Shown: piece after piece, positions 25,036 to 56,300 of the stretch
How positions within the stretch are numbered: position 1 is the first letter of the stretch
Layout: each line of letters begins with the position of its first letter
DNA from: Bugula neritina
Taxonomy: Eukaryota > Animalia > Bryozoa
Length of the DNA: 64,000 bases
Assembly: GCA_964035545.1 (NCBI GenBank)
Contig: OZ037765.1
Span: 33,851,504-33,915,503, forward strand
Direction of reading: 5' to 3'
Translations under genes and position numbers: made by a program
The notes under the pieces: model-generated
What the model was told of the DNA's origin: nothing
Database searches by the model: none
What the model saw: the letters and a program-made list of their open reading frames with translations, nothing else

Positions 25036-25378
25036 GCCTAGGGCCACACGGTGCGTATTTTCGCATGCGAAAATTGAAATCACAAGTAGCAAAGGTGTCC
25101 ACTGTGCGCGTTGAGAAAACATTCGCACTTGTTGCTCTGCATTTTCAACGCAAGTGCGAATCGTCTCTGTCGTCGTCACCTAATTGGCTGGTAGTTATTC
25201 AGCGAGCCCAATTTCTTTATTTAGTGCTATATTCCAGCAAATTGCGTTTTATTGAAAGCGAGTGCGATTTAAAAATGAAAGCTTTATTTATCACGCATCA
25301 CTGACGCTACAGTGGACACCTTTGCTACTTGTGATTTTAATTTTCGCATGCGAAAATACGCACAGTGTGGCCCTAGGC
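25036..25378. mobile_element. PIF/Harbinger-type MITE, copy 1
   Basis: ~70-bp TIRs starting gcctagggccacac; TAA TSD. Confidence 0.88.
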
Positions 25379-26619
25379 TAACTATATTTCTCATCTCCAA
25401 TTATAAATGATATATATACACCCATACACTGCTTACTGCACCAGCTGAATCTTCATCTACAAGTTTGGCATTAGTAAACTATCTGCACTATACTATTTCT
25501 AACAAATAACAGGTAGCAGATATTATCTAGTAGGTATCTAGATACTTATTTACCATAAAAACATAGAATTCTCCAACCATAAAAAATTGATAAACTAAAA
25601 TATGCACATATTCAACTTACTATTCAAAGACATAAGACATTCAATGTTATGATATGATGTTAAATATACTGTGTTGTTGCTGATTTTGGTTTAGAAGAAG
25701 CTGCTACACTGAGTTAGATATAAATATACTGTAAACAATGTTAATGAAAATCAATGCTTTTAAATATATTGAATACTCTTGCAGCTTTTTAATTCAACTC
25801 ACGGTTGTAAAAGAAAGTAAAAGTTTAGACACACCTCTTACTAAAGCAAATAATATATTCAGCTTCAGTGTGATGTACAACAACTAGCTTTTATGTAACT
25901 TATATTTATATAGTCAATAAGCTTTAAATATACTCAAATGTTTAATATCTATTTATCATAACTTATGTATTTGTTGCAGATCAAATTGATTTATAGATTA
26001 ATTAGCTTTTACACTGGTTATGAACTTGACCAAATTATTAAATATTCAGCTTTAGTATAAAATACATTATTTAATAAGCTCTCATATTAGTTATATTACC
26101 AATAATCATACAATCTGCAAATATATTTAAAAGTGTAATACCTGTTTATAATGAACTATTCATTAAATAAGAATAACTAACTTACTCTCTGGTCACATCT
26201 CAGTATACTAACTCAGTATCACATCTCAGTATACTAACTCACATGTTGTATAGTCATCTATGTTACTGAGTAGATATAATTCCTGTAGCTCACTGCCTCC
26301 TGGCTGTTCAAGAAGAACACCCTAGCTGTACTGAGCTATATTGCTCAGAGTTAACTAATAAGAACAATGGTTGCTGACATCCTACTATACATACAGACAA
26401 TGAAATATTATATCAACAGAAACTACTATTCAGCTCATTGTATAAGTTGTTTGAATATTTCACATTCATATTCAGTGTAATTTTACACTGAATATGAATA
26501 TGAATTGTAGACTGGCTTATTTAACATGTGTACTAGTCCTGAAGTGTGTACACACTTATGCTTGCATTCAAATTGTGCAAACTGAGTGTCCGGTAAAAAT
26601 GGCACCTGCAAAAATACTG

Positions 26620-27307
26620 GCACAAGTAATACCGGCACAAGTAATACCGGCACAAGTAATACCGGCACAAGTAATACCGGCACAAGTAATACCGGCACAA
26701 GTAATACCGGCACAAGTAATACCGGCACAAGTAATACCGGCACAAGTAATACCGGCACAAGTAATACCGGCACAGGTAATACCGGCACAGGTAATACCGG
26801 CACAGGTAATACCGGCACAGGTAATACCGGCACAGGTAATACCGGCACAGGTAATACCGGCACAGGTAATACCGGCACAGGTAATACCGGCACAGGTAAT
26901 ACCGGCACAGGTAATACCGGCACAGGTAATACCGGCACAGGTAATACCGGCACAGGTAATACCGGCACAGGTAATACCGGCACAGGTAATACCGGCACAG
27001 GTAATACCGGCACAGGTAATACCGGCACAGGTAATACCGGCACAGGTAATACCGGCACAAGTAATACCGGCACAGGTAATACCGGCACAGGTAATACCGG
27101 CACAGGTAATACCGGCACAGGTAATACCGGCACAGGTAATACCGGCACAGGTAATACCGGCACAGGTAATACCGGCACAGGTAATACCGGCACAGGTAAT
27201 ACCGGCACAGGTAATACCGGCACAGGTAATACCGGCACAGGTAATACCGGCACAGGTAATACCGGCACAGGTAATACCGGCACAGGTAATACCGGCACAG
27301 GTAATAC
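26620..27307. repeat. 15-bp minisatellite (gtaataccggcacaR), ~46 units
   Basis: Near-perfect tandem array with A and G variant blocks. Confidence 0.97.
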
Positions 27308-27831
27308 AGAGTATATTATATAATATACCATGTATTTACCACGACTAGATCTTTGACGTACATGTAATGCATACTTTTTCACATAATACAAGTTATATGA
27401 TGTGGTATTCTTTCCATTATATACAATATGAATTGTATTATTTTATAAGATTCTGCATTTTATTATATGGTATTTTATTATGTAATACGCTATAATGTTG
27501 CATTGTGTAGAGCTTAGAAGGTTAAACATAATACTAAGTTTTGTTTTCTTATGTCATGCAATATATTATATTTTTTCATGATATATAACATCTATTCTTT
27601 TATATTACGCAAGCTCAGCTTCAGTATTAATACAATTTGCAAATATATTTTTCCATTATCTTTAATCTATGATTGAGAATAACAAGTGTGATATATACTA
27701 CAGAATACACAGTAATATATTATTCTAATAAAACGTCATTAAACAGAATCACAGCTTCATTATGATATAAAATGCTGTTGGACTAAAGATTATTATACAG
27801 TCAGATGCTTTATAATTCAAATCTTAGGTTA

Positions 27832-28175
27832 GCCTAGGGCCACACGGTGCGTATTTTCGCATGCGAAAATTGAAATCACTAGTAGCAAAGGTGTCCACTG
27901 TGCGCGTTGAGAAAATATTCGCACTTGTCGCTCAGCATTTTCAACGCAAGTGCGAATCGTCTCTGTCATCGTCACCTAATTGGCTGGTAGTTATTCAGCG
28001 AGCCCAATTTCTTTATTTTAGTGCTACATTCCAGTAAATTGCGTTTTATTGAAAGCGAGTGCGATTTAAAAATGAAAGCTTTATTTATCACGCATCACTG
28101 ACGCTACAGTGGACACCTTTGCTACTCCTGATTTCAATTTCCGCATGCGAAAATATGCACCGTGTGGCCCTAGGC
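27832..28175. mobile_element. PIF/Harbinger-type MITE, copy 2
   Basis: Near-identical to 25036-25378; TTA TSD. Confidence 0.88.
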
Positions 28176-28734
28176 TTACTGACTGTGTGAACCAGAGTCT
28201 GCATTTGAATAAAAGAATAGGTAGTAGGTAACAGGTAGTAAGTAACAGGTAGTAGGTAACATGTAGTAAGTAACACGTTGTAGGTAACAGGTAATAGGTA
28301 GTAGGTAACAGGTAACAGATAGATGGCAGCAGACGGAATCATTCAAGAGAAACTAAGTATAGGGAAAATTAACTAACTTTATTTTAACCATTAATTTGAA
28401 TATTTTTATTATTGGCTACTTATTGAATAGGAATTTATTTGTTACAGGTGCTTTGATTGGTTGAGTAAAGGGTTACAACCACTGAACGGACACTATAGGG
28501 GTCATAGTTCAATGGTGGCAACTAGGATAGAAATCTTGTCTTATCAGTATCATGTGCCAACAATTGCTTTATATGATTGTATACTTACCTATATACTGTA
28601 TATACTGTATACTTACCTACACTCTGTATATACTGTGTACTTATAACCTATACACTCTGTGTATACTGTATACTTACCTTTACTCTGTATATACTGTAGG
28701 CTACTGTGTACTTAACTCTACTCTATGTACATAT

Positions 28735-29117
28735 TGTAGTGGATTTTAGTAGTGTGATTAATTACCCTTATATATATATATCGAAAGGGCCGGCTCTATG
28801 TTCTGCTATTGTGGAGGCCAACAGCATCTTACCTAGCCGACATGGCACCACCAGTGTTAGCCAATCAGGAGTGACTACTCATAAGTACTAGGCGGAGCTA
28901 TCTACGCCTACTGGAAGCACGCTAGGCAGCTAGCGGGCAGAGCAACTTGGGACTTGTAATTGAATAGTATAGTGTGTTTATTGCTCTGTATTATGTAATC
29001 GTTTTATCTTTGTGTAGTAATTTTACTTGTGTATAACTCGTAGTCAATAAACTCCTGGTTAAATAGCTTTACATAAGCAGACCCCCACATTATAGTAAAT
29101 TGTGGAAATTCACTACA
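28735..29117. mobile_element. Probable solo LTR
   Basis: tgtagtgg...tcactaca termini, 4-bp TSD atat, internal aataaa near 29046. Confidence 0.65.
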
Positions 29118-29925
29118 ATATATGCGTAGACTCCATCGCAGAAGTGACCTCCAGCACTCAATAAGTTCTCAGCCAGAGTAAAACTCAGTATGTGCTTGTA
29201 CTGTCCTCCCTGGTAGACAATGTTTTATGTTAAACTTTCACTAGCTCTGCTCTAACAGTATTTTTATTTGATTGTTAACATCTTCACATATAGTCTGTTA
29301 TTTTATTAATTAAATAGATAAATAATATAATGCTTCAATGTTATGTCAAGTTGAGCCAAGTTTTCTTAAAATATACATAATATCATCTCTTGACTAAGGA
29401 GACAAATAACCAAGGTGTATTACTTATAATATATTTTTTAAGATATTGAACACACAGGATAATATATTATATATAATATATTATAAAGATAGATACACAA
29501 ATAAAGTACAACAGAGACAGATAGACCTGAGGTTGTGTTCAGGAAGGATTTGTTTGCCCCCAACCATAATACAAGTTCACACTCTACACACAATGCAGGC
29601 AGTCCAGGTGCAGAAATATTCTCAGTAAAATGTTTAGAGCTTTGTTAAAAATGTCACTAGCTTGGATTTATAAGCACTGCATTCAAATCATAGGCATAAA
29701 AGTTAACATAAAATATTGTTTATCATTCACAAGAAAGTGGGTGGAGCTTAAAAAATTCAAACCACCTGTCTCATAGTGTCACCTGTAATGACATGTCATA
29801 GTGTCTATATCTAAATTACTAGTTAGTCATATACAATAAGTGTGTATATAAGTGTAACCATGTGGTTACAGTATGGAGTAGCTGTAGTAGGGTGTTTCGC
29901 AGAAATATTTGTTTAATGTAATGAG

Positions 29926-47739
<17,814 letters not shown>

Positions 47740-50700
47740 TCTGTAGTCAATAATTGCAGCTGTAGATAGTAGTATTAATTTATTTTTATCTGTATAGCAG
47801 CCATAGAAACCTGTAAAATATTTCAACAGAATTTATGATAAAAGCTTGCCATCATCACACTGTTCAGATGTATAGAAGATACTAAAAAATTCAAACACAT
47901 CAGCAGTCTATGCTGTACCTAAATTATTTACACTAGAGTTATTTACTTGTAGGTAATGCATACAGCATACTCCAGTCACCTGTAAGGTACTTTCTTTAGT
48001 ACTTCTTGTTTCATCCTTTCTCCATGTTAATTCAATCTGCTAGAAACACATGGAAACAAGACTGCTAGCTGATAAGATGCACCATGTACTCATTCTACTC
48101 AGTTTCAAACTCTTCACTATTTATAGTCTAGAAGTAAAATACCAGGTCAATTGACGCAGCTGAGATTATCTGGCAGTGTTTCTATATCACCCTTTCAGTA
48201 TTAAAGTCTAAGATATAAACTGACTATACATGTACAACTACTAGTATCTCTTAGCATTACTTCACAAAGCAGAGTCATTGAATCAGATTGATTACTTTCT
48301 GACTTGAGTACTTTAACATCTCATGACATATCAATTGGTTTTCCTAAACTTGATAAAGCTTACTTGTGATTTAGCCAAAAGGTAAAAGACTGACTTCACT
48401 GCAAATATATTTTGTTCTATATTCATTTGAAAAATTATTATACATACAGATAATTATAACTACACAATAAAATTATTCTCATATGATAATTTTAATCATA
48501 TAGTTGATAGTAGTAATATCTATAACTAAAAGCAACAAAAGTATTTAGCATATTACCAGTTCTGATTTTGAACAAGTTTATGTCTTCAAAATATATTTTA
48601 TTCCCTCATTTTATTAGTTCATTATATTAACTCACCAGATTCGTCAGTGAACACACAACTCTAATAATTTCAAAGTGAAAATAAATTTAAGTTCATACAC
48701 TTATAAGCAGAACTAATAACAATTAGCCTCAACTAATAATTATGATCCGTACAGGAAGTTGTTATAGTTACTATGGTGATGAGAGCTGCTTGGCCAGTGT
48801 GCAGTTATAGTTGTAAATGATACTTACAGTTATTCTTACATAATATTTATACAACTACAGCTACACCCACTAATGAAATAGTATATTACATAACAGTTTA
48901 CAGAAATTCTGTCAACATGCTAAGGAGAAATAGATGGTGATGTTGCCATATTGGCTTCATGATGTAGACAGGTGCACAATATATACTAATAATAATACTA
49001 ACAGTACACTATAACGCATGTATATTATATATTTAATGTATGTGTAGAGTATTACAGGACTGGAGTTATATAAACACATACCTTTTATAGTATATACATG
49101 AGGTATAACTGTTACTTGAATCAAGTTGTACTTTGTGGTAGTTATGACTGCAGTGTGTATCACAGTGTTGTTAACTCTACAAATAGTAATGAAGACTGTG
49201 TTATACAGGTATATAATATTATATCATAGCTACCTTATCAGTGTTTATGATCCACCCATATTTACATTCACAGATAAACTACACAGCTTAGTCAATAAAC
49301 AGAGTCCACACCTGCACCTGTTCTGTTCTCAACTCACTTCAACACTTTCACAATAACTTTTTTGTTTTTCCAGCCAAAGTTAAAAAGTCATGTTTATTAA
49401 ATGTTGTTTTGATTTAGAAACAAATTTTGCTACGTTTCTCTCTTCACTCAAGCCTTGGTGTACAACATATGAAACATTTAATACAGCTTTGTCATACCTT
49501 TGAGCATAAAGTTATTAAATAAAATTCAAAACTACAAGCTCAACACCAGCCTAATACAATCAACACTGGCCTAGTACATATACCCACTCACCGTCGTTGA
49601 ACTATTGCATGTAGTTTTTATCTCAATTGAGCGTCAATTGTATTTGATGCATCATTTAGAATTATATGATAATTACCTTATAACAGAGACTCAGGTATAG
49701 CTTGCCATAAAATAGAATAAACAATATTGCCTTTTACTCTAAAGATATTCATATTATTACTAGCTAAGAGTTTAAGGATTCATATAAAATCTTAACCATA
49801 GTTGATAGTAGCAACGTTAATAACTACAAGCAATAAAAGTATTACTAGTAGTATTTCTAGTACCACTCATGATTTTCATCAATTATTTCAACATTAGTTA
49901 TACATTATTTATAATATTAATATTAGTTATATTGCCAAATCTAATATAATTTAAATAACATTAAACATCATAATGATTATCTAATACCAATGCATTTCAA
50001 TAAACTCACACAAGTTTATAGCCGCTATTCCTGTGATGGAAAAGTTTCTTGTTAAATCGGGCTAAGGACTTATTCAGATGAGGCACAGGAGAAACTATAA
50101 CTGGATGTTCTTCCTAACATCGCCAATGGCTATTACTTGGATAGAACCCATGACTTCGATTTCACTAATTGAACGCTCTAACCCAGTGGTTCCCAACCTG
50201 AAGGGAATTACCCCCTAGAGGGGAATTTGGACATTTTAGGAGGGAATTTGGATTTTGAAGAATTCACGCACTTTGTTGAAGGCTTTTTGAGCTCTTGCAC
50301 ATTACATAAGTATATATGCATATCTATAAATCTTCATCTTAGTTCATCTATTTAACCAAACCAACTAATGCTTGTATTCCCCTTACTATTATTATCTTCA
50401 TTCCCATGGAATGCGTGTTTTCTTAGATATACATCATTACTTAGCTATAGTATTGTAACAGCTAAGTGTTATGTTGGCAATGATAGGATTAGCTATTATT
50501 CCCAGCTACTTATTACTACTAACGTGACTGGATTAGCTATTGTTTCTGACGGCTCACAGGAACACTTATATAATCAAGATAACCGGGATTTCCCTGCGAA
50601 GTTCGCTCGATTCGAGCGATTCCTTTATTCTAGCCTTGCGAATCCCCTGCGATTCGAGCGAATTCCCTCGAATTCGCTCGGAACATTCTGGGGGAATGTT

Positions 50701-51127
50701 TCCCAAAGTATAAAAAGAAGCCCTCAACACAGTAGAGTCAGTCTTCAGCCAGCAGCACAACAGGACACATCTCGGAGCTACCAAGCCAGGACAATAACAC
50801 ACGTAGTTAATTATCTTATACTTTGTTTACCGGTTTACTAGTAAGTTTTCCATACATGTAAGGAGTTGTCCTCCCTAACTGCTATTTTTGGATTTACATA
50901 TATTATGGAGTAAATAAAGGGGATTGTGAGTATAACATTTCTTATTTATTGTGCATAAATACCCTCTTACAAAGAGTCACTGTGTTCCATCAGCTAACAA
51001 CCCACACAAATAATTGCATGCAGCGAATCATAACATTCTACGCATAAAATTATTACACTGGTGGCAGCAGTGGGATTGATCGTCTGGTACAGACTAAGCT
51101 GATGCTCCCCTACGGGGAGAGACAACA

Positions 51128-52228
51128 ATGGATCCATTGAGGCCAGCGCCAGAGCTCGGGCTTGATGATGAAGCAGCAGGAGGACGCTTCACCCTAGAGG
51201 CATTGATTCGGACTCTCTGGGAAGACAGGGCAGCTGCACGGGCTCCACCTGGTGACAGGTTCCGCCTTAAAGCGCCAGTCTTCGACGGTGAAGGAAATGT
51301 AGAACAATTTCTACAGGAATTCCGCGAGGTGGCCGTGGCCTTCCAGTGGCCGGCCCAGGTGGAATTACTGCAACTACGGTCCTGCCTGACAGGTCGAGCC
51401 AAACCCTATGCGGTAGGCCCGAATAGAGACCACATCATTGAGGCTCTGCGCGGCCGCTTCGGACTTACCGTCCGGGACGCGAGAGCCCGCCTCCAAGGAC
51501 TCCGACGAGACCCTAAGGTCTCACTACAGGATCACGCCAACAAAGTGGAGCAGCTAGTCCAGGTAGCCTACGGTAACGTAGACCTGGAGTCACGCCAGGC
51601 CATCACCTTTGATATCTTCCTGCAATCGCTCAATAACCTGAGCCTGCAACGGTATCTCTTGGCAGCTGGGGTCGACACCATTGAGGCTGCTCTGGCCAGA
51701 GGAAAGGCGTACTACCAGATCGGCGGGAGTCAGGACTGTGACAGCAGTGCCCGACGAGTCGAGTCAGACTGGGGAGAGGCTGCCGAAGACACTCGGCCGA
51801 GGCCTCAAGTAGCGGCCGCCGCCACTACACCCCCAACCCCACCCGAACTCTCCATGGTATTGGAGGTGGTGGACAAACTTCAAGGAGAGATCGCAACATT
51901 GCGACGGGCCCAAACTACTGACAGACCAGATCGGTCATATGGTAGTCAGCCCAACAAGGACGCTCAGTTAGAGCCTAGGTTAGCAGCTACTGCACCTACC
52001 CCATCGACCTCAGCCGAAGTCTCCATGGTACTGGAGGTGGTGCGAGATCTACAGGCCGAAGTTAAGGCCCTGAGACGGGCCCAAACTACTAACCGGCCGA
52101 ATCAGCCACGTAGTAGTCGCCCCAAAGGGTCTTCTCTCACGTGTTGGAAGTGTGGGACAACAGGTCATGTGCAACGAGACTGTCCCCGAGGACGCAGCGG
52201 TCTTTTAAACACCCAAGGCCTGCGGTAA
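51128..52228 (+). CDS. gag: Gypsy gag
   Basis: APVFDG motif; CWKCGTTGHVQRDC zinc knuckle. Confidence 0.9.
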   Translation: MDPLRPAPELGLDDEAAGGRFTLEALIRTLWEDRAAARAPPGDRFRLKAPVFDGEGNVEQFLQEFREVAVAFQWPAQVELLQLRSCLTGRAKPYAVGPNRDHIIEALRGRFGLTVRDARARLQGLRRDPKVSLQDHANKVEQLVQVAYGNVDLESRQAITFDIFLQSLNNLSLQRYLLAAGVDTIEAALARGKAYYQIGGSQDCDSSARRVESDWGEAAEDTRPRPQVAAAATTPPTPPELSMVLEVVDKLQGEIATLRRAQTTDRPDRSYGSQPNKDAQLEPRLAATAPTPSTSAEVSMVLEVVRDLQAEVKALRRAQTTNRPNQPRSSRPKGSSLTCWKCGTTGHVQRDCPRGRSGLLNTQGLR

Positions 52229-53340
52229 TCTCCGCCACCCGCAGGCCGAGTCTCCAGACTCACCCGAGGAGGGTTTACTCTGCACCCAGGGAGGCGCAGA
52301 CGGAACCCCCCTCATCCAAATGGCAAGCTCCCCGGAGAACTTGGAGGCCGAAAGGCCTGCCCGAACCTCCAGCTTGGCCACTCAACAACCGGTTCGCGGG
52401 GTTACCCGAGGAGGTTGTGGAGGAGGATATTGATTCCAACCGGGATTTCCCCCGACTGCCCTCCAAACCTCAGAAAACCCCCGTGGTCCCTAGGACGTGT
52501 ACGAGGCCTACCGTCCAGACCCAAGAAGTGTCTCCCCCAGAGACAGACTACTCGAAGCACACCCAACCATACGGAAGCAGCTATTTCCTGCCTGGCAAGA
52601 TTGCGGGCAAAGCTGCCACCTTTCTGTTGGACACCGGGTGCACCACAAACCTTCTGAGTAGGCGTCTCTTCGACACTCTTGGCGCTCGGGAGCGGGAAAG
52701 CCTCAAGCCGTATAATGGCGAGCACGGTACGTTGGCAGACGGATCGAGCATACCGTTTTACGGCCTCATCTCACTACCCGGAAGAGTTCGGGATCTCGTA
52801 ATCCACGAGACCTTCATAGTGAGTCACCTGAAGGAAGATGCTATCCTTGGCATGCCCTTCCTTGAGGAGCACCAATGCCACATGGACTTCAACAAGTCAG
52901 CAATAGTGGTGGATGGCAAGGAACTTACCTGCGTGGATAAGTTCGGCAGGCCTCTGGTAGGAGGCGTACAGGTGGTCCGGGACAGCCTGATTCCCGGGCG
53001 CTCTCAGGCTACACTCCGGTGCAGGGTCAACTGCAAGGAGATCTCTGAGCTAGGGGTTGTGGAGAGCATGCACGGAAAGGTACAGTTGGCAAACAGCCTG
53101 AATCGGCTAGACTGCCGTGGAGAGTTCCTGGTGCAGTGCATCAACCCCTACGCGGAGCCGGTGAAGTTATCGGCTGGTTCACTGGTGGGCAGGTATCACT
53201 CGGTTCAGGAGACTGATGTTGGGCCCACACTCGATGCGACGTCGGAGACACCGAGTCGCCCCTCTGGAGTCTGGCATGGGACCAGTCCCAGAGCATGTGG
53301 CGGAACTATACAAGGGAGCCTGTGGTGGTTGTGGAAGTAA
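52141..53340 (+). CDS. Gypsy aspartic protease region
   Basis: FLLDTGCT and AILGMPFL motifs. Confidence 0.88.
   Translation: MLEVWDNRSCATRLSPRTQRSFKHPRPAVISATRRPSLQTHPRRVYSAPREAQTEPPSSKWQAPRRTWRPKGLPEPPAWPLNNRFAGLPEEVVEEDIDSNRDFPRLPSKPQKTPVVPRTCTRPTVQTQEVSPPETDYSKHTQPYGSSYFLPGKIAGKAATFLLDTGCTTNLLSRRLFDTLGARERESLKPYNGEHGTLADGSSIPFYGLISLPGRVRDLVIHETFIVSHLKEDAILGMPFLEEHQCHMDFNKSAIVVDGKELTCVDKFGRPLVGGVQVVRDSLIPGRSQATLRCRVNCKEISELGVVESMHGKVQLANSLNRLDCRGEFLVQCINPYAEPVKLSAGSLVGRYHSVQETDVGPTLDATSETPSRPSGVWHGTSPRACGGTIQGSLWWLWK
52204..52210 (+). promoter_or_regulatory. -1 ribosomal frameshift slippery site T TTA AAC (gag to pro)
   Basis: Canonical X XXY YYZ heptamer in the gag frame just before the gag stop; the -1 frame is the protease ORF. 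Confidence 0.75.
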
Positions 53341-56300
53341 CGTGGAGCGCCAACGGATGGCCCAGTTACTTCGAGAGTACCACGATGTATTCAGCCAAGG
53401 AGACGAGGACATGGGGTTGACTAACGTAGTGCGGCACGAGATACCCCTAGTAACAGGGACTGCCCCCATACGACAACCCACTCGACGGCTGGGCCCGGAA
53501 AAGGAGAGGGAGGTTAGCCGGCAAGTCCAGGACTTGCTTGATCGGGACCTGATTGAGCCAGCCCACGGTGCGTGGAGCTCACCAGTCGTCCTGGTCAAAA
53601 AGAAGGATGGGAGCTGGAGATTCTGCGTTGATTACCGCAAGTTGAACAGCGTCACCATCCAGGATGCCTACCCTCTTCCCCGGATAGACGAGTCGCTAGA
53701 TGCCCTCGCGGGAAGTAGATACTTCAGCACGCTGGACCTACTGAGTGGATACTGGCAAGTACCCCTCAGTCCTGATGCACAGGACAAGGCCGCGTTCATC
53801 ACCCGCGATGGCCTCTGGAGATGGAAGGTGTTGCCATTCGGGCTGACATCCGCCCCGGCCACCTTTCAGCGGCTCATGGAGCAGGTCCTCAGTGGGTTAC
53901 ACTGGAAGACGCTGCTAGTCTATCTGGACGACGTCATTGTTATCTCGCCAGACTTTTCGACTCATGTCAGTCGTCTGCGCGAGGTCTTTGACCGTCTCCG
54001 GGCCGCCGGGCTAAAGCTTAAACCCTCGAAATGTGCTCTCCTGCAGCAGGAAGTCAAATATCTCAGACATGTGGTCAGCCGGGACGGCGTTGCCACCGAC
54101 CCTGAGAAAGTACGGGCCGTACAAGACTGGACTGTTCCCCAAGATATCCATGAACTAAGAGCGTTCCTAGGACTGGTGGGATATTACCGGCAGTATATCC
54201 CTGAATTCGCAGGTATGGCACAGCCATTAAATCGGCTAACCGCCAAAGGAGTCTGGTGGCGTTGGACTCAGGAAGAACAACAGGCTTTTGATCATCTCAA
54301 GGCCCGGCTAGTGGAGGCACCCATCCTGGCTTACCCCGACCCGACCAAACAGTATATCTTGGATACAGACGCTAGCGACCACAGTATGGGGGCTGTGTTG
54401 TCCCAGGTACAAGGAGGTACCGAGGTAGTGGTGGCGTACTACAGCAAGGCCCTCTCCTCCGCCGAAAGAAACTACTGCACGACCAGGAAGGAACTCCTAG
54501 CAGTAGTTAAGGCGGTGAAGCATTTCCGGCCATATCTATATGGTAGAACGTTCAGATTACGAACTGACCATGCATCACTGATATGGCTGTGCAAACGGGC
54601 CGAACCCTCTAGCCAGGTCGCCAGGTGGCTCGAAACACTTGCAGAATTCTCATATCGGATTGAACATCGCACCGGCCGGAAGCATGGAAATGCTGATGGT
54701 CTGAGCCGTCGTCCAGAGAGAGACTGCAAGCAATGCCTCCATATAGAGAAGCGGGACGGGGGACCCGCCCGCTCGGAAGTCGAGACACAACTGAAGAAAA
54801 CAGAAGCCTACAGGTGGGAACAAGGCCGACTGCAATCCGATGTCCATTCAGATGCTGTCCAGGCCCTTCGGGTCAACCCCACCTTAGCCAGAAATGTCCA
54901 GGACTTGTGCCGATTACAGGAAACCCTGCCGGGGGTAGTGGGAAAGATATTCAGGGCCAAGAAGGAGGGGCGCCGGCCAGGTGAAGAGGAGCAGCGGCAG
55001 AAGGGCGTTGAATTCCAACAGTTCTGCCACCGCTGGGACTCCCTCAAATTCAACTCAGACGGATTGCTAACCATCTCCTTGGCAGCAGACAGGCAACACC
55101 AGGAACGGGAGCGGGTTGTGTGCCCACACCCCCTCCGGAGAGAGCTCATCTGGGAGACTCACAAGCAAGCCCACGCGGGGACCAGTAGAGTGATTCGGTG
55201 CCTACAGATGCGGTGGTACTGGTCTGGGATGACAAGGGATGTGAGGCTACAGATCCGGCAATGTGAAATCTGCCAGGCGAGTAAGCATGGCCGTTCTACC
55301 GAGACCACGGGACGGCGCAGGCTGTACGCCGGTCGCCCGTGGCAGACAGTGGCAGTCGACTTGGTGGGTCCCATGCCGACGTCCGCTCGTGGAAACAACT
55401 GGATTCTGGTACTAACGGATCATTTTACTAGGTGGGCAGATGCCTTGGCAATCCCGGACGCCTCCGCCCCGACGGTAGCCCGAGATCAGCACGTTTTCTG
55501 CTATTTCGGGCTACCGGAGCAGATCCACACAGATCAAGGGGCACAGTTCCAATCACAGCTGATGAGGGACCTCTGTCGGGTATGGGGGGTCAACCAAAGT
55601 AGGACCACCCCCTACCACCCCCAAGGAAATGGCGTAGTGGAACGCAACAACAGGATGTTGGGGGACGCCCTGAGGAGTCTACTACTAGGGAAAAGCCAAG
55701 AAGAATGGGACGCCGTGCTACCCCAGATCATGCGTGCATATCGCAGTACTCCCCACTCTAGCACCCAGGAGACACCCAATTTCCTAATGCTAGGCCGGGA
55801 AACGCGGGTCCCGGATCATCTCACGTACCACGTCCCCCTCCCAGAGGGACCTGTCCACGAATACGTGAGAGAGCTGGTTGATAGGATGCGGACGGCCCAT
55901 GAGGTCTTAAGGGAAAAACAATGGCAAGTGCGAGGGGAAGACTCGGACGAGCCCCCACTCTACCAGGCTGGCGATTGGGTATGGATGATTAGTTACAGGA
56001 GGAAGCGCGGACAGTCGGCTAAATTACAGCCCAAGTTCGTGGGACCATACTGCATCATCGAAGTGCTACCCAATCACACGTACCGCGTAGAACGCTCCGG
56101 ACAGATTTCCGTCCAAAGCGAGAAACGCTTAAAACCGTACTGGGCCAGCCCTGGGGCAGTAGGACAAGCACCACCACTCCTGGAGCCAGCACGACGACCC
56201 ACCGGGGGAGGAAGGGCGCCCCCCACCCGAGAGTGGGAACTTCCCTATAACATACCGGAGAGAGACCCCGAAGCACAAGAACAACCCCCCACTGTGCAAG

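Noticed and set aside
26483-27391. ORFs of (VLPVP)n, (VIPAQ)n, (NTGTG)n and (CRYYL)n
   Set aside because: Stop-free frames of a 15-bp minisatellite, open on both strands with no unique coding flanks
50368-50841. Duplicated 157-aa ORF (also 60131-60604)
   Set aside because: Lies wholly within the LTRs, so the identity reflects LTR duplication; no recognisable domain
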